Assembly: GCA_964016885.1 (NCBI GenBank)
Contig: OZ024747.1
Location: 18,290,001-18,354,000 of the forward strand
Length of the DNA stretch: 64,000 nucleotides
Reading direction: 5' to 3'
Source: Eledone cirrhosa
Taxonomy: Eukaryota
The position numbers and the translations under genes are program-made. Position 1 is the stretch's first letter; every line of letters begins with the position of its first letter. The notes below the pieces were generated by a model, which did not search any database, was not told the origin of the DNA, and was given only the letters and a program-made list of their open reading frames with translations. This document shows, piece by piece, positions 1 to 13,600 of this stretch.

Positions 1-369
1 TTTAGAATGGTAGGATATTATTTCTAAGAGAAATGGGTATTATTACAGGCAGACAAACTGACAGACGGATAGTTACTCAAGAAGATAAAGTATCTTTTAG
101 AAGTCATATTAAGAAGTGTGGAGTAAAAATGTTAAGTTCTTGACTAGCAAGTTCAGCGAGATTTTGGTTCCTATTTGTAGCCATTTCACTCAGCAAATAT
201 CTTGTATATCACAGAGTATTTTTCGTTTTCATTACAAATCTGTGACAGTAAGATTGTCTGTGAAATTTTCTTTAAAGAACTGAGTTTCTCAGATGGAAAT
301 GACTCTTGAAAGGGGAAATAGGTCAGTCTATACACATATAATCCATTTCCTGCAAAGTCGCATGTGTAT

Positions 370-424
<55 letters not shown>

Positions 425-744
425 TATATGTAATGTATATAAACTGTATGTGTGTGTGTGTATGCATGTGTATGTGTCCCAACAAATCTTCTATGGTTCT
501 ACTTTATCTCCAGTCATTAAATCTCTAAGTTGTTCAGAGGTTACACATTACATACAATTAGTTATGGGTGGGGCTGTGAATATTCAAACACATACACACT
601 TCACATATTTAACCCTTTTGATACCTGCTTCTGTTTCTTTGATACAAAACCATTATTTTAGAATGTTTATATTCAAATTAAAAGGTGGCAAATTGGCAGA
701 GTTGTTAAAATATCAGATAAAGTACTTTGTGGTATTTGGTCTAG

Positions 745-793
745 CTCTCTGCTCTCTCAGTTCAAATTTCACTATTTTGATGTATATATATAT

Positions 794-831
<38 letters not shown>

Positions 832-883
832 GATATATATATATACATCAAAATAGTGAAATTTGAACTGAGAGAGCAGAGAG
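745..883. repeat. Perfect inverted repeat (about 53-bp arms) around an (ATC)n loop
   Basis: 745-797 is the exact reverse complement of 831-883. Confidence 0.92.
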
Positions 884-1161
884 TATATATATATATATAA
901 AGTTAAATAAAAGTCAAATGATTAAAATTTAGCTTCGTTTATTACTGCTATATATATTTCAGTGACAGCCATCTTTGGCTTTGACCTCTTCAGGCAGTTT
1001 GAATTAGTATGGTATAGACAAGTACATATATTGTTTAGGTGTATGATATTATCAATACTCTGATATGCCCAGTTCCTTGTTGGGTTGTTAATTCACTGGG
1101 GAACTGGAGTGCTCCAGCCTGCATACTGAGGTGTTGGTATACAACCAACATAAACTCAAAA

Positions 1162-1195
<34 letters not shown>

Positions 1196-3500
1196 TAAAT
1201 GGGTAGAGAGGACTCTTCAGTTGTTTCAAGGGTATAGCAAACTCTCTAGTTTTGGTGACATGATAAATGCATCCAGTGCATTCTGTAAAATGGTTGATGA
1301 AAGGAAAGGCATCCAGTTATTGAAAACTTAAGGGTCAGGATAACACTAAAGTTGTATCAAAAATATTGACAACCTCCCAAGTGCTGGTGTCTCAATGGAG
1401 TGTACCCTGTTGCACTCTATAGAGTGTGGAAACATTTCTAAGCAAGATATCTCTAAACCTTATAGATTAGTAAACTCAGTTAAGTACTAATCCTACCTGT
1501 GATGACCAATCCAATCTTTACTAGCAGGGAGAACTCATTAAATGATGATAATTCGTGCACACATATATACACACATATACCTTTAATATTTGTGAATTAT
1601 GCTCATTCATTGTATATTATTTATCTTATTTTATTTTATAGTAGGCGAGAGAAATTGAATGGAGAAAGAAAACAGCTAAAACTTTCTTATTAGAAATAAT
1701 CTAGGCCTATGTCAATTTGTTTGAATCTGAAGAATGACTTTTCTTCTTTGTGACCCTCAAATGACGTCAATAGTTAAACAATGAATGTATTTACTACTTG
1801 AGTTCTTTCCTGAAAATATATGACTGACTTCCACATTGTATAGTAACAATTTGATTCATAGTATTGTGGATGTAGCTACCACAAGTGTTGTCCTAACAAC
1901 ATAAGGTCCACCCCACAAAACTAAAAAATTGATTGAAAAGAAGGGTGTATATGTTTGTGTGTGTGGGTGTGTGTTTCACTACTTTGTCAGTGCCCATTAC
2001 CCTTTTTAGAGCTTCTGAGACAGATGGGAGAGAGGCGGGAAGGCATTCTCAAACTAGTGATTTGGCCCAAATGCTTTCAATAGAGTAAACACTGCTTAAG
2101 TCACCCAAGAGCCAGATGGCAGTGAAATGTTAAGAACCAGAAATACCATAAAGAATCTGGTTTATTGCTTTAATAATTCTACTAATCCATTGCCCTGAAC
2201 TGGTACTTTATTTTATCAATCCCAAAGAATGAAAGGCAAAGTTAATCTGTGAGATGTGATCTCAGAGTGTACAGAGCCAGAACAAATACTATACAGCATT
2301 TTCTACTATGCTCTAATGCCTGTTTGCTGCCTTTGTTGATAAAGAAAGGTTATTGATAAAACATTAGATAATTTCTAGGGTAGTGACTTGCTTTCAAATG
2401 TTTTAGCTGACTGCTTTTATCTACTCAAGGTTAAACTTGAAATATTACACAAACTGTGCTGACATGAAGAATATTTTTAAAATATTAGATTTAATTTTGG
2501 CTAGTGGCCAATCCCAAAACAAAGTTAGAAATGAAATATTTTTTAATGACTTCTTTTTAGAAAAAAAAGTGCACTTGGTTACATTTCATACATACATACA
2601 TTTATACATATATATTTGTGCAGATATGCACACATACACAAATATATATATTGGGTCTCCGTTTCCGACAATGAGTGTTCTAATTGTTAGCTTAACAGAA
2701 CAGCCTGCTTATGAAATTACAATGTAATAACTGACCATTCCACAGACACAGACATGATCCAAACACTGTAACCACTTTGCCACATGTCTTCACTACACAC
2801 ACACACTCACACACACACATGTGCACTCTTAACATAGTTCTCATGGAGAATTAACATAGTACAGTATGTGACAAGACCGGTCTCTTGGAATATGGGTTGA
2901 ACTCACTTTTGCCAGCTCAGTGGACTTGAACAACATCAAATAGCGCCATACTCAAGGACCAGCATACTGCCAAATTAATAAGTGTAAAAAGAATAAATGA
3001 CTGGTTTAAATGTTTTGTTTTAAAATGTATATGTATATAAGAATTTTAAATTCTCTAAGCAAGGAATTTCTTGTTAATAGCATTTGCTTTTCTTTGAAAT
3101 GATTTCTATTTTCTCCTAACCCATTATCACACCTACATATCAGTTCAATCCTTACTCTTTCCTCCTCAGCCTTAAATATACCTTATTTTTCAACAGACAC
3201 CGAATACTTAACTAATTAATGACAAAACAGAAAGGATTGTTGCGGGATCTCTTCCGATGATCATTGCCTGATTACTAACTATAACCATTCAGCTCACTTA
3301 CATTTAAACACACCTCAGATATACACACCCTGAATGTAATCTGTTATGTTGTTTAGATATTATAAAGACTTATGACGAAACAGGAGGTAAAAAATAGTGG
3401 GTGCAGCTTGATTTGTATTGTGTAACTTCTACAGTGTTTGTTTATATAAATATTTAGCTAGTGATGATGATGATGATGATGATGTTGAATTAATGTTTAA

Positions 3501-3720
3501 GCCTTTACCATTTACATTATTCTATATATACTATTGTATTTTCATGGTAAAGTCTTTACCTCACATAGAATCTCACATGATATCGAATCTATGAGATTTT
3601 GATATTATTTATTTTGAGAACAATATCTTAACATCAGTATGAGTGGCCAGTTATGGCCAGTTTGAACAGAAAGAGGTGAGAGAAATCTGGCTGGATATGA
3701 CCGGTTTAAATGCTAAAGGG
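3501..3720 (-). mobile_element. piggyBac-type MITE (about 210-220 bp), copy 1
   Basis: TTAA flanks and CCCTTTAGCATTTA-like TIRs; same body at 8 loci. Confidence 0.8.
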
Positions 3721-3920
3721 TTAACAAGTGAAACTGTATATGTGAGGGAGTTTTTTTTTTTCCATCTTCCTTGCTCAGACGAATCAAAGAAAGGAAAAAA
3801 AGAAAAACAGACCCTAAAATATATTTTCCGTGCTATTTCCAACTTCACCTTTACTCTATATCCACTGTTTTGTATAGAACCTTACTTCCTTTTCCTAATG
3901 TATATATATATATCATTCTT

Positions 3921-3956
3921 TCTTCTGATGAAGGACTAGCGTCTGAAATGTTAAGA
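3921..3956 (+). ncRNA. Minimal type I hammerhead ribozyme motif (Penelope-type), decayed
   Basis: TCTT-CTGATGA-A-GGAC(TAGC)GTCT-GAAA-TGTT-AAGA; stem I TCTT/AAGA. Confidence 0.6.
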
Positions 3957-4037
3957 CCCTCTTCCTGCTATTTCAAGCGTTAACCTAATATATTCCTGCC
4001 ATATACTGTACCGATTGTGTTGTTATTTCTGTTTACC

Positions 4038-4077
<40 letters not shown>

Positions 4078-4317
4078 ACACAGCAGGTGTGTTGTTCGAA
4101 TTCAGCAGAGGGGTACCATCACAATCTTTCTTATATTTAGCTCATATATAAATATATCATTTTAGGGCATCCGGCCATAGAATCCACATGAAATATAGAC
4201 CATATGAACAAGATGAGGACACGCTGACCTATCTGGTCTCAGACCATGGTAACCTATCCAACCCATACCAGCATGGAAAGTGGACATAAAATGATGTTAA
4301 AATCTTAATCATATATT

Positions 4318-4371
<54 letters not shown>

Positions 4372-4374
<3 letters not shown>

Positions 4375-5191
4375 TCATCATCATCATCATCAACGTTTAA
4401 CGTCCGTGTTCCACGCTTGCATGGGTTTGGACGGGGGTAGTCCCACTTGAGGCAAGAGTGATTGTCTTGCTCGCATAGGACTGTCTGGCAGGTTTTCTAC
4501 AGTTGGATGCCCTTCCTAACACCAACCACATTTACAGTGTGGGTCTGGGAGGTTTTTACCGTGTTGCCTACACGGCCACATTACAGCGTGGACTGTGTGT
4601 TTTTTTGTCGTGACACCTACACGATCTCATTTGTTTCGGCCCGGATGGCGCGGCACCAACATAACTTTACATAGGACGGGGTGGTGTGGATGGGGTGGGG
4701 GTGGTGGTGGTGGGACGGGGTGTATTTTGTTAGAGATGCCTACTGGCAAGGCGGGTCTTCTCTGTTACTGAGTACCGCCAAAGGTCTCGGTCCAGTGACA
4801 TTGTCTTGGAGAGGTGTAAGTGTGTGAGGTCGGAGTTTATCAGCTCGTCCCAGGTTTTTCTAGGTCTGCCTATTCCGTGGCTACCGTCTATCTTTATTGC
4901 CCTGCACTTTGTTATACAGCTATCGACTTTCATGCGCATCACGTGTCCATACCAACGTAGCCTTCTCTCGAGTAAACAACATCTGATCCCTCTTATCTCT
5001 AATTTTTTCCTTAGTTCGTTTATGCTTTGCCGTTCACGTATATTACTGTTACACATCCAGCGGAGCATGCAAGCTTCGTTCCTCTCTAGTCTGCGTATAT
5101 CCTCTGCACACAATGCCCAGGTCTCACTGCCATGCAACATTGCTGTTCGTATGCAGGCATCGTACAACCTGCCTTTCATTTTTAGGGAGAA

Positions 5192-5192
<1 letters not shown>
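4372..5192 (-). mobile_element. 5'-truncated RTE LINE (subfamily A) with 3' UTR and (ATG)n tail
   Basis: [17 protein letters not shown]...RLRWYGHV...GRPRKTW in ORF 4730..5266; flanked by (TA)n. Confidence 0.9.
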
Positions 5193-5227
<35 letters not shown>

Positions 5228-5833
5228 AGTGTGGAGTGTGTGTGTATTATGTATATATATATTCATATATGTGTGTGTGTGTATATATATATATACAAAA
5301 TAAATGAGGTCGTGTAGGTGTCACGACAAAAAAACACAGTCCACGCTGTAATTTGGCTGTGTAGGTAATACGGTAAAAACCACCCAATCCACACTGTAAA
5401 TGTGGTTGGTGTTAGGAAGGGCATCCAGCCGTAGAAAACCTTCCAGACAGTCCTACGGGCGAGACACAGTCACCCGGCCAATCTTGCCTCAAGAACTCAC
5501 TTTTGCCAGCTCAGTGGACTTGAACAACATCAAATAGCGCCATACTCAAGGACCAGCATACTGCCAAATTAATAAGTGTAAAAAGAATAAATGACTGGTT
5601 TAAATGTTTTGTTTTAAATTTTGTTTATGTTTATTCATAATACGTATTGTTGTTGTTAACATTTTGTATGTGTTTGTGTACTGGACTGATCTAGTCAACC
5701 CTATGGAAAATCAAACATACATACTTTTACTCTTACTCTCTTTCACATGCTATAATTTCATTCACTCAAAGAAACTTTAAGAAACTTTCACACACTTAAG
5801 TATTCACAATTTCATATAGATGCAAATTCATTT

Positions 5834-5917
<84 letters not shown>

Positions 5918-6379
5918 TGCATACACTCAGTGATATTTCACACACATTCATACATTTTTACATACACTTACTTACATACACTACCCACACACATGTGCAC
6001 ATATGCACGTGCGCACACACACACCCACAAATATATAAATCCATTCACTTTACACACACTCAGTCACATTTCATACACACACATGAATAAGTACACTTTA
6101 AACACATACAGTTTTATATATGTCTACACACATACTGTCTTACAACGTCTTTAACGCCCTCCTCCCATACCGTCACACACACTTTCCTACCCTTTATTAT
6201 TTTGTATACATCTCTCATCCTCCTCTCCCCATACATATAAAAAATTAAAAAAAGAATTAATATGTATTGCCTTACTATTTCACACCTTATGATATGTTAG
6301 ATGTTATGAATGAAAAGTATTTAATTATCTTTTTGTTTGATCATAAGCATTATTTAAGTAATCATAATTATTTGTTTCA

Positions 6380-6970
6380 ACCACCTTCAATTACTTTACA
6401 ATCTTCACTTTTGCACATATATTATACCAAGTTGTTTTCTTCTGCTCCAATGCTGTCTTTGCACCCAATCAGACTTCTTCTTTCTCTTTTTCTTGATACA
6501 TACAATCTGTCTGTGTCACTCTTTGGCTGACATACCCCATATCTAGTCAACAGCTTTCTTGTCTTTTGGTCTAAGCTGTTTAGCTCTTCAATTGTCCGTG
6601 TGATCAACCCTGCTTCATATTTGAGGAGTTAACCCGTTAGCATTTAAACTGGCCATATCCAACCAGAATTCTTTCATTTCTTTCTGTTCAAACTAGCCAT
6701 AACTGGCCACTCATTCTGACATTAAGGTATTATTCTCAAAATAAATACTATCAAAATCTCATAGATTCGATATTATGTGAGATAATTATGAGGTAAAGCC
6801 TTTACCACAAAAATACAATAGTAAATATAGAGTAATGTAAATGCTAAAGGGTTCAACCGTCTGTGTATTGATAGCTTCAAACTTATTCTGTCCATTCTGT
6901 TTCGACTTGAGAACGAGTCTTAGTATATATAAGTATTCCACCTGAAGTTTATTTTCATTGCCTCCTCCCC
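6380..6970 (-). mobile_element. R4/Dong-like LINE fragment interrupted by a MITE
   Basis: RLVLKSKQNGQNKFEAINT..[MITE]..LLKYEAGL..EELNSLDQKTRKLLT..PKSDTDRLYVSRK; adjacent (TAA)n. Confidence 0.65.
6633..6851 (+). mobile_element. piggyBac-type MITE copy 2
   Basis: TTAA-CCCGTTAGCATTTA ... TAAATGCTAAAGGG. Confidence 0.8.
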
Positions 6971-7020
6971 CTTTATTATTATTACTATCATTATTATTAT
7001 TATTAATATTATATATGTTA

Positions 7021-7209
7021 AGGGCGGTGGATTGGCAGTGTCGGTAGAGGGTCTGACGCCATGCTTTGCAGCAAAGAGTGGCCCTTTATGGTCTGAGTTC
7101 AAATCCCGCCGAGGTTAACTTTGCCTTTCATCCTTATGGAGTCGATAAAATAAAGTACCAGTAATACACTGGGATAATTGCTGGCCTTGTGCCAAAAGTA
7201 GAAACAATC
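7021..7209 (+). mobile_element. tRNA-type SINE (about 190 bp) with 12-bp TSD
   Basis: A-box-like head, GAGTTCAAATCC B box, CCTTTCATCCTT..GTCGATAAAATAAAGTACCAG core; TSD TTATATATGTTA at 7009-7020 and 7210-7221. Confidence 0.88.
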
Positions 7210-7229
7210 TTATATATGTTATAATAATA

Positions 7230-7412
7230 ATTGTTTCTACTTTTGGCACAAGGCCAGGAATTAGCCAGTGCATTACTGGTACTTTATTTTATCGACCTCG
7301 TAAGGATGAAAGGCAAAGTTAACCTCGGCGGGATTTGAACTCAAATCATACAGGGAGGTAACTCTATGCTTCAAAGCATGGCGTCCGACCCTCTACCGAT
7401 ACTGCCAATCCA
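7230..7412 (-). mobile_element. Same SINE family, inverted copy
   Basis: Reverse complement of 7021-7209; flanked by GTTATAATAATAAT repeats. Confidence 0.88.
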
Positions 7413-7465
7413 GTTATAATAATAATAATTATTATTATTATTCATTTTTATTCATCCCTATTCAG

Positions 7466-7605
7466 TGTCCTAATTGGTGCTCCTAAAGATAACTATGAAG
7501 CTGGCTGTAAAGATGGCTCTGCAGATTTTAACCAGACTGGTGTTGTGTTTATCTGTTCTCCAACCTTAAATAATGACTGCAATGAAGTCTGTGTTCACAG
7601 TTTAG
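7466..7605 (+). CDS. Integrin alpha exon (first visible): [15 protein letters not shown]...CVHSL
   Basis: ttcag acceptor, G|gtaag donor, phase 2 to 1, FG-GAP blade 1. Confidence 0.92.
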
Positions 7606-10600
7606 GTAAGAAAATACATTTTTGTTTGTTTTTGCAGTATTTTAGTTTTCTATTTATAAAATATTTACTTTTTTTTTTATTACTGTTGAATCAATGTGTG
7701 TGTGTGCCAGTCTATCATTCAAAGTTTTTCTAATTACTTGTACCTAATTATTCTTACTCTTCCATGCCCCCTCGCCTCTCTAAATCAGTGGTTTCCAACT
7801 ATGCACCTTGGAGCACTGGTGTGTCATGAGATGTAGTTAGGTGTTCTGTAAAAGAGCAAGATTATATTTCAAAATGTGAGGACTCTTCAGTTGTGTCAAA
7901 GACATTGCAACCTCCCTAGTGTTGGTGATTTACACAATAAACACACCCAGTACACTTTGTAAAGTGGCCTGCTAACAACCCCTCCAGTTCTTGCTAGCCA
8001 GTAAAGCAGATGTTAAATAATGATGATGGTGGTGATGATGATGATGACAAACTGAACTTCATAATAAAGTACATATATAACTGTCAAAGTTGGAAACAAA
8101 CTAAGATTGAAAACATTGCCAAAAGCACCAAGCATGTATTTCTCATTGATAACTTTGCACCATTTATTATGAACTAAAGGAGGAAGTACAAATGATCTTT
8201 CTGTATTTTAAATTATATATCTACATTAACTCTTTACCATTTACATTACTTTATATTTACTATTATATTTTCACAGTAAAGGCTTTATTTCACATTCGAA
8301 TATATGTGATTTTGATAATATTTATTTTGGGAACAATACCTTAACATCAGTATGAGCAGTCAGTTACAGCTGGTTTGAATAGAAAGAGGTGAGAGAATTC
8401 TGGTTGGATATGGCCTATTTAAATGCTAAAGGGTTAAGCTATGGTGATATGTATAAAACAGAGAATTGGCTGAGTCATTAAAATGTTGGATAAAATGCTT
8501 TGCAGCATTCATTCCAGCATTCTACACTTTGAGTTCAAATCCTGGTGGTGGTGGGGCTGACTGTGTCAGTGATGATGTTAATAGTGGGGGATATTTTTAA
8601 AAAGATTATAGCAAAAAATTAATGTTCATTGCTTCCAAGGGGTAGCAACTTTGGTGATGGTGGTGGCAGTAGTAGTAATGGTGATGGTGGCGGTTTCAGT
8701 AGTACTAATGGTGATGTCAGCGGCAATGGTGGTGGTAGTTAGTTAAACTCGAGTTATCTAATCAAATTAGGCTTATCTTACCTTCCATCCATCAAAGCAA
8801 ACTATCTGTGAGAGTCTTGTGAAGTGAAATCATTTTACATGGACCTTTTTCAGTTAACATGTGACCAGCTTTCTTGGTATATATTTAATGATATTTCAAA
8901 GATATCTCAAGAAATGTTGATGTTAAGAGATTTCTAGTTGGTTTTTTTTTGAAATCTGTTTCAACATCAAGCTAGTTTCTTAGAAAACTAATATCATTAA
9001 GTGGATTGGCAGTATCGGTAGAGGGTCGGACGCCATGCTTTGAAGCATAGAGTTACGACCCTTTATGATCTGAGTTCAAATTCCACCGAGGTTAACTTTG
9101 CCTTTCATCCTTACGGGGTCGATAAAATAAAGTACTAGTAATACACTGGGATAATTGCTGGCCTTGTGCCAAAAGTAGAAACAATTATTTATTAGCAATG
9201 ATAGGGCAGTGGATAGGTATAACCATTAGGAGGGGAGGGGGGAGCAGAATTGTTGAGGTGTTGGACAAATGGTTTATTGCATTTAGTTAGGGCTTTATAC
9301 ACTCCGAACTGAAATCCCATGGAGGCCAATTTTAACTTTCCAGGGTTGATAAAATAAATTACCAGTTAAATACTGAGGTTGATTTAATTGCCTTCCTCCC
9401 TACTAAATTTCTCGCCATATGCTCAGTTAGAAATCATTAATCATTAACAAAGACAATAAATTGGTAGAAGTGACAAGATGCGTGCGTACACACACACACA
9501 CCACATACACATACACACCACACCATATACCCATGCAAGCGTGGAAGATGGACGTTAAACGATGATGATGATGATACACACACGCACATACACACGCACG
9601 CACTTATAGATGACAGTCTTCCTTACAGTTGTATGTATGAAATTCAGTCACATGTTGATCAACCCATGGCTATCATAGAACTATGTACTTGGATCTATAA
9701 ATATGGGAATATATTTTTGGTTTCCTTAATTCACTGTTGTACCCACATCTTAACAGTCCACTACACTCAATATATTTTTATGCCTATGTAAAATAAAATT
9801 TAAAAAAGAAAGAAAATATAACAAACTCTAAAAAGTCTAGCTGTCAGTTGTGAAATATAGCCCTCTATGAAAATATTTGTTTGTACAAGTAAACAATAAT
9901 TTCATAGCTATCAAATGACCTAAACTAACTAATCAACCATTATTGATCCATTACTAGACTAAAGAAAATGGAAAAAAATATTTCTGCAGCTGATGTTGAG
10001 TTATGGTTTAAAAACAATTGTAGAAAATCTTTTGTTAATGATTCAAAAAGTCATCTCTGGCAAAATTAACTGCCTATTATTGGCATTTATTTTATTGGTT
10101 TTTTCAGAGAGATGAAAGGTTAACCCTTTCAATTAACCCCTGGTTCCATGGGCTCCTTAACCCTTTAGCATTTAAACCGGCCATGTCCAGCCAGAATTCT
10201 CTCACCTCTTTCTGTTGAAACTGGTTGTAACCGGCCACTTATACCGATGTTAAGGTATTATTCTCAAAATAAATAATATCAAAATCTCATAGATTCGATA
10301 TTATGTGAGATAAATCCTTTACCGTAAAAATACAATTTTATATAGAGAGTAATATGAATGCTAAAGGGTTAAACAAGTATAAACATTGACTGTTTAACAC
10401 ACACATATATATTATGTTGTATATAATGTTATTCTTTTCATTCCTACCTACATCAGTTGTTAGCTGCCAAGACACTGCAACCTTTAAAACCTCCATGCTT
10501 CCTGAAATTCGCCAACATTGCACCTGATATTCCCCCTCCATACACATGCACACATGTATATCATGACTCATGCACTGTTCACTTTCCTGACATTTGTACA

Positions 10601-13600
10601 TTATTCTATGTACTATACATGCACCTTTGATGAGTTATAGTGCACCTGAGCACTGTACACAATAATTTCATTATTATTATTTATTACAGGATCCAGTATT
10701 GGTTTTGACTCTCAGAATGTAAGTAATGCCTGGCTTGGAGCAAATATAGAGATCAATCCACATAAAGCTGAGTTTGTGGTAAGAATTTAACTCAGTTTTA
10801 ATAGCAAGTTTGTTTCCATAAATTATAATTAAAATTGAAAGAACAAAGATTTGCTTTTTAACCCTTTTGTGACCATATTTTTAACACATTATATTGTTCA
10901 TGTTTCAAATAATTTTTTAAATAATCAAGAATTTAGAAGGATTTAACTAATTTTGTCCATCATGAAACTACTGTTAGGAACAGAACATAATGAGATTCTT
11001 ATTATGTAAGATTTTGAGAGCAATTTAAATTTAAACAAGTTATTTTAAAATGTATGGTTTTGTGTTGTTGAATCAGGGGTGATCTCATGTGCATTGGTAT
11101 CAAACGGGATAATATTTGATATGTGATGTTACCATGTAGTGAAGCATATGTACTGAATACAGAAGACTTGAAGAGATGAGAGAGATAGAGATAGAAAGAA
11201 AGGAACGAAGGAGCTGAATATGATCTATTGAATGTGCAATTTTGACTTACAGGAAGGAAGCAGGATAGAAGTTATGCAATATGGCATATTAACATTAAAG
11301 ATGGCAAACTCGTTTATGTAGTGGATAAAATTAGCTTACAGCATTTGATCTGGTTCTTGGCACTATAAGTTTAAATCCCACTGGAATACCAGTTAAGGAT
11401 AGTAGGCTGGCAGAATTGTTAGAGCATCAGACAAAATGTCTTGCAATATTTCTTCTGGTTCTCTTCACTTTGAGTTGAAATCCTGTCAGAGTCAACCTTG
11501 TGATTCATTCTTTCAGGAGTCAATAAAATAAAGTCACAATCCAAGGTGGCAGAGTGGTGAAATTATTAGTCAGGCAAGATGTATTCCTGGGTTGGCAGTA
11601 TCGGGTGAGCATCAGACACCATGCTTGCTTTGCAGCATAGAGTTATGGCCCTTTGCATTCTCAGTTCAAATCCTGCCAAGGTTAACTTTGCCTTTCATCC
11701 TTACGGAGTCAATAAAATAAAGTATCAGTAAATCACTGGGGTAATTCCTGGCCTTGTGCCAAAAGTAGAAACAGTTATTTGTTTTGGCTCTTTGTGTTTT
11801 GAGTTGAAATATTGCTGTGTCCTACCTGGATGGTAAACTTGATCTATAACCTAGGTTATCACCATCCATCCAGTCTTTTGCCATCTCTTTGGTCGAACTC
11901 TGTTGATTCCAGTTGCAATGAGAAACCAGTTACATCCAAACCACTTTTAACAACATTGTTGAAAGCAACATGCTGAGGGAAGTAGCCGGCACTGTATTAG
12001 CTGGCGTGATAATGGACTGACCCAATATCAGTAGAGTGTTGGACAACATGCTTTATGGCATATAGTTAGGGCCCTTTATCATCATCATCATCATCATCAT
12101 TTTACGTCCGCTTTTCCCTGCTTGCAAGTGTGGGACGGGTCTTATTCAGCACAGCATATCTCCACCGTGAGCTTCAATGATCTGAGGTCTGTTCTCACCA
12201 CCTCTGCCCATGTTTTTCGTGGTCTACCTCTACCACGTCTTCCTTCAACTGGCATTTCCTGGCACTTCTTCACCCATCGGTCATCCTCCATGCGCATCAC
12301 ATGTCCATACCACCTCAGTCTCCTCTCCCGTACACTACATTCTATCCCTCTCAGACACAGTTTCTCTCTCAACACATTTATGCTGGGTCGTTCACGCACA
12401 TCCAACGGAGCATGCTTGCCTCATTTCTCTCCAGCCGTCACATATCCTCTGCAGTTGCTGCCCATGTCTCACTACCATGCAGCATCGCGCTCCTCACACA
12501 GGCATCATACAACCGGCCTTTTGTACGCAGGGAGAAACCCTTCTTCGTCAACAGTTCTGCGTTCAAATCCTTCTGAGGTTAACTTTGTCTTTCATCCTGA
12601 CAGGGTCGATAAAACAAAGAACCAGTAATGCACTGGGATCAATTTAATCGACTTCCCGCTTCTCCAAAATGGTTGGCCTTGTGCCTAAATCAGAAACGAT
12701 TATAGGGTTCAGTATTTTATTAGGAGGATCTTGTTGGTGGGTTTTTTGTGTGAGTTGCAGCTGGATTAAACTGAAAGGTTATCTGCCTATTACGGAAATG
12801 TAAAACCAACAGCTCTGACAAAATCATCATTATGGGCAATTTCAATGCAAGAGTTGGTAGAGACCGTGCCACTTGGCCTGGCATGCTCTGCCTGCTATAA
12901 TCCAAGGGTTACTGGTGTTTACTCCATCACTGACATGGTTCCTCTGTGTCTCACCCAAAGACAATTACACTTCTCAATAACCCCAAATTCACCTATCTTT
13001 AATTAGGTTAATTAGTTACCTGTGGAAAGATAGTTGCATTTTACAGATTCGGTTGTTGATGTTGTTTTTGATGTTTGCAATGATATGAAATAATGCTTGT
13101 GGTGGTGGTGGCGGGGGGGGGGGGGGGGGGGGGTAAGACTTCAATTAAATATTTTCTCTGTTGAATTATTGATACCATAGGCATGTATGATTTAGCTTTA
13201 GATATTAATTATATGTACATAAATAAACATGCATGCACACGCGCACACACACACACAGTTTTGCTGAGGTTATGTGTTTAATAATAAAACGAAGAGTCTA
13301 AACCATACAAGTGTTGGGGACCGGAGGTGGTTATTATGGTGAAGGTGTTAGTGGCTGTGGAGATGGTTGTGCTGATGATTGTGATGATGATTGTGGTTGG
13401 GCTGGGTGATGATGATTGTGATTGGGCTGGGTGATGATGATGATTGTGGTTGCATTGTAGTTGTTGTTGTTGTTGTTGTTGGGTGATGATCGTGGTTGTG
13501 TTGATTTTGGTTGTGACCAGTGGTTGTGGTGATAGTCGAGGTGATGGTAGTTGTGGTGTGAACGATGATGATGATTGTGTTGAATGTGGTGATGGTGATT

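Noticed and set aside
3197-3386. Candidate upstream integrin exon (caacag ... gag|gtaaaa)
   Set aside because: Stops in all three frames and no signal peptide or FNLD/FG motif; the first coding exon is probably outside the window.
4806-5228. Antisense ORFs over RTE and CRE copies (also 14972-15481, 17993-18478, 28329-28613, 60575-61237)
   Set aside because: Shadow frames of retrotransposon coding strands.
7021-7120. tRNA gene
   Set aside because: A/B-box-like head belongs to a multi-copy SINE with TSDs; no cloverleaf.
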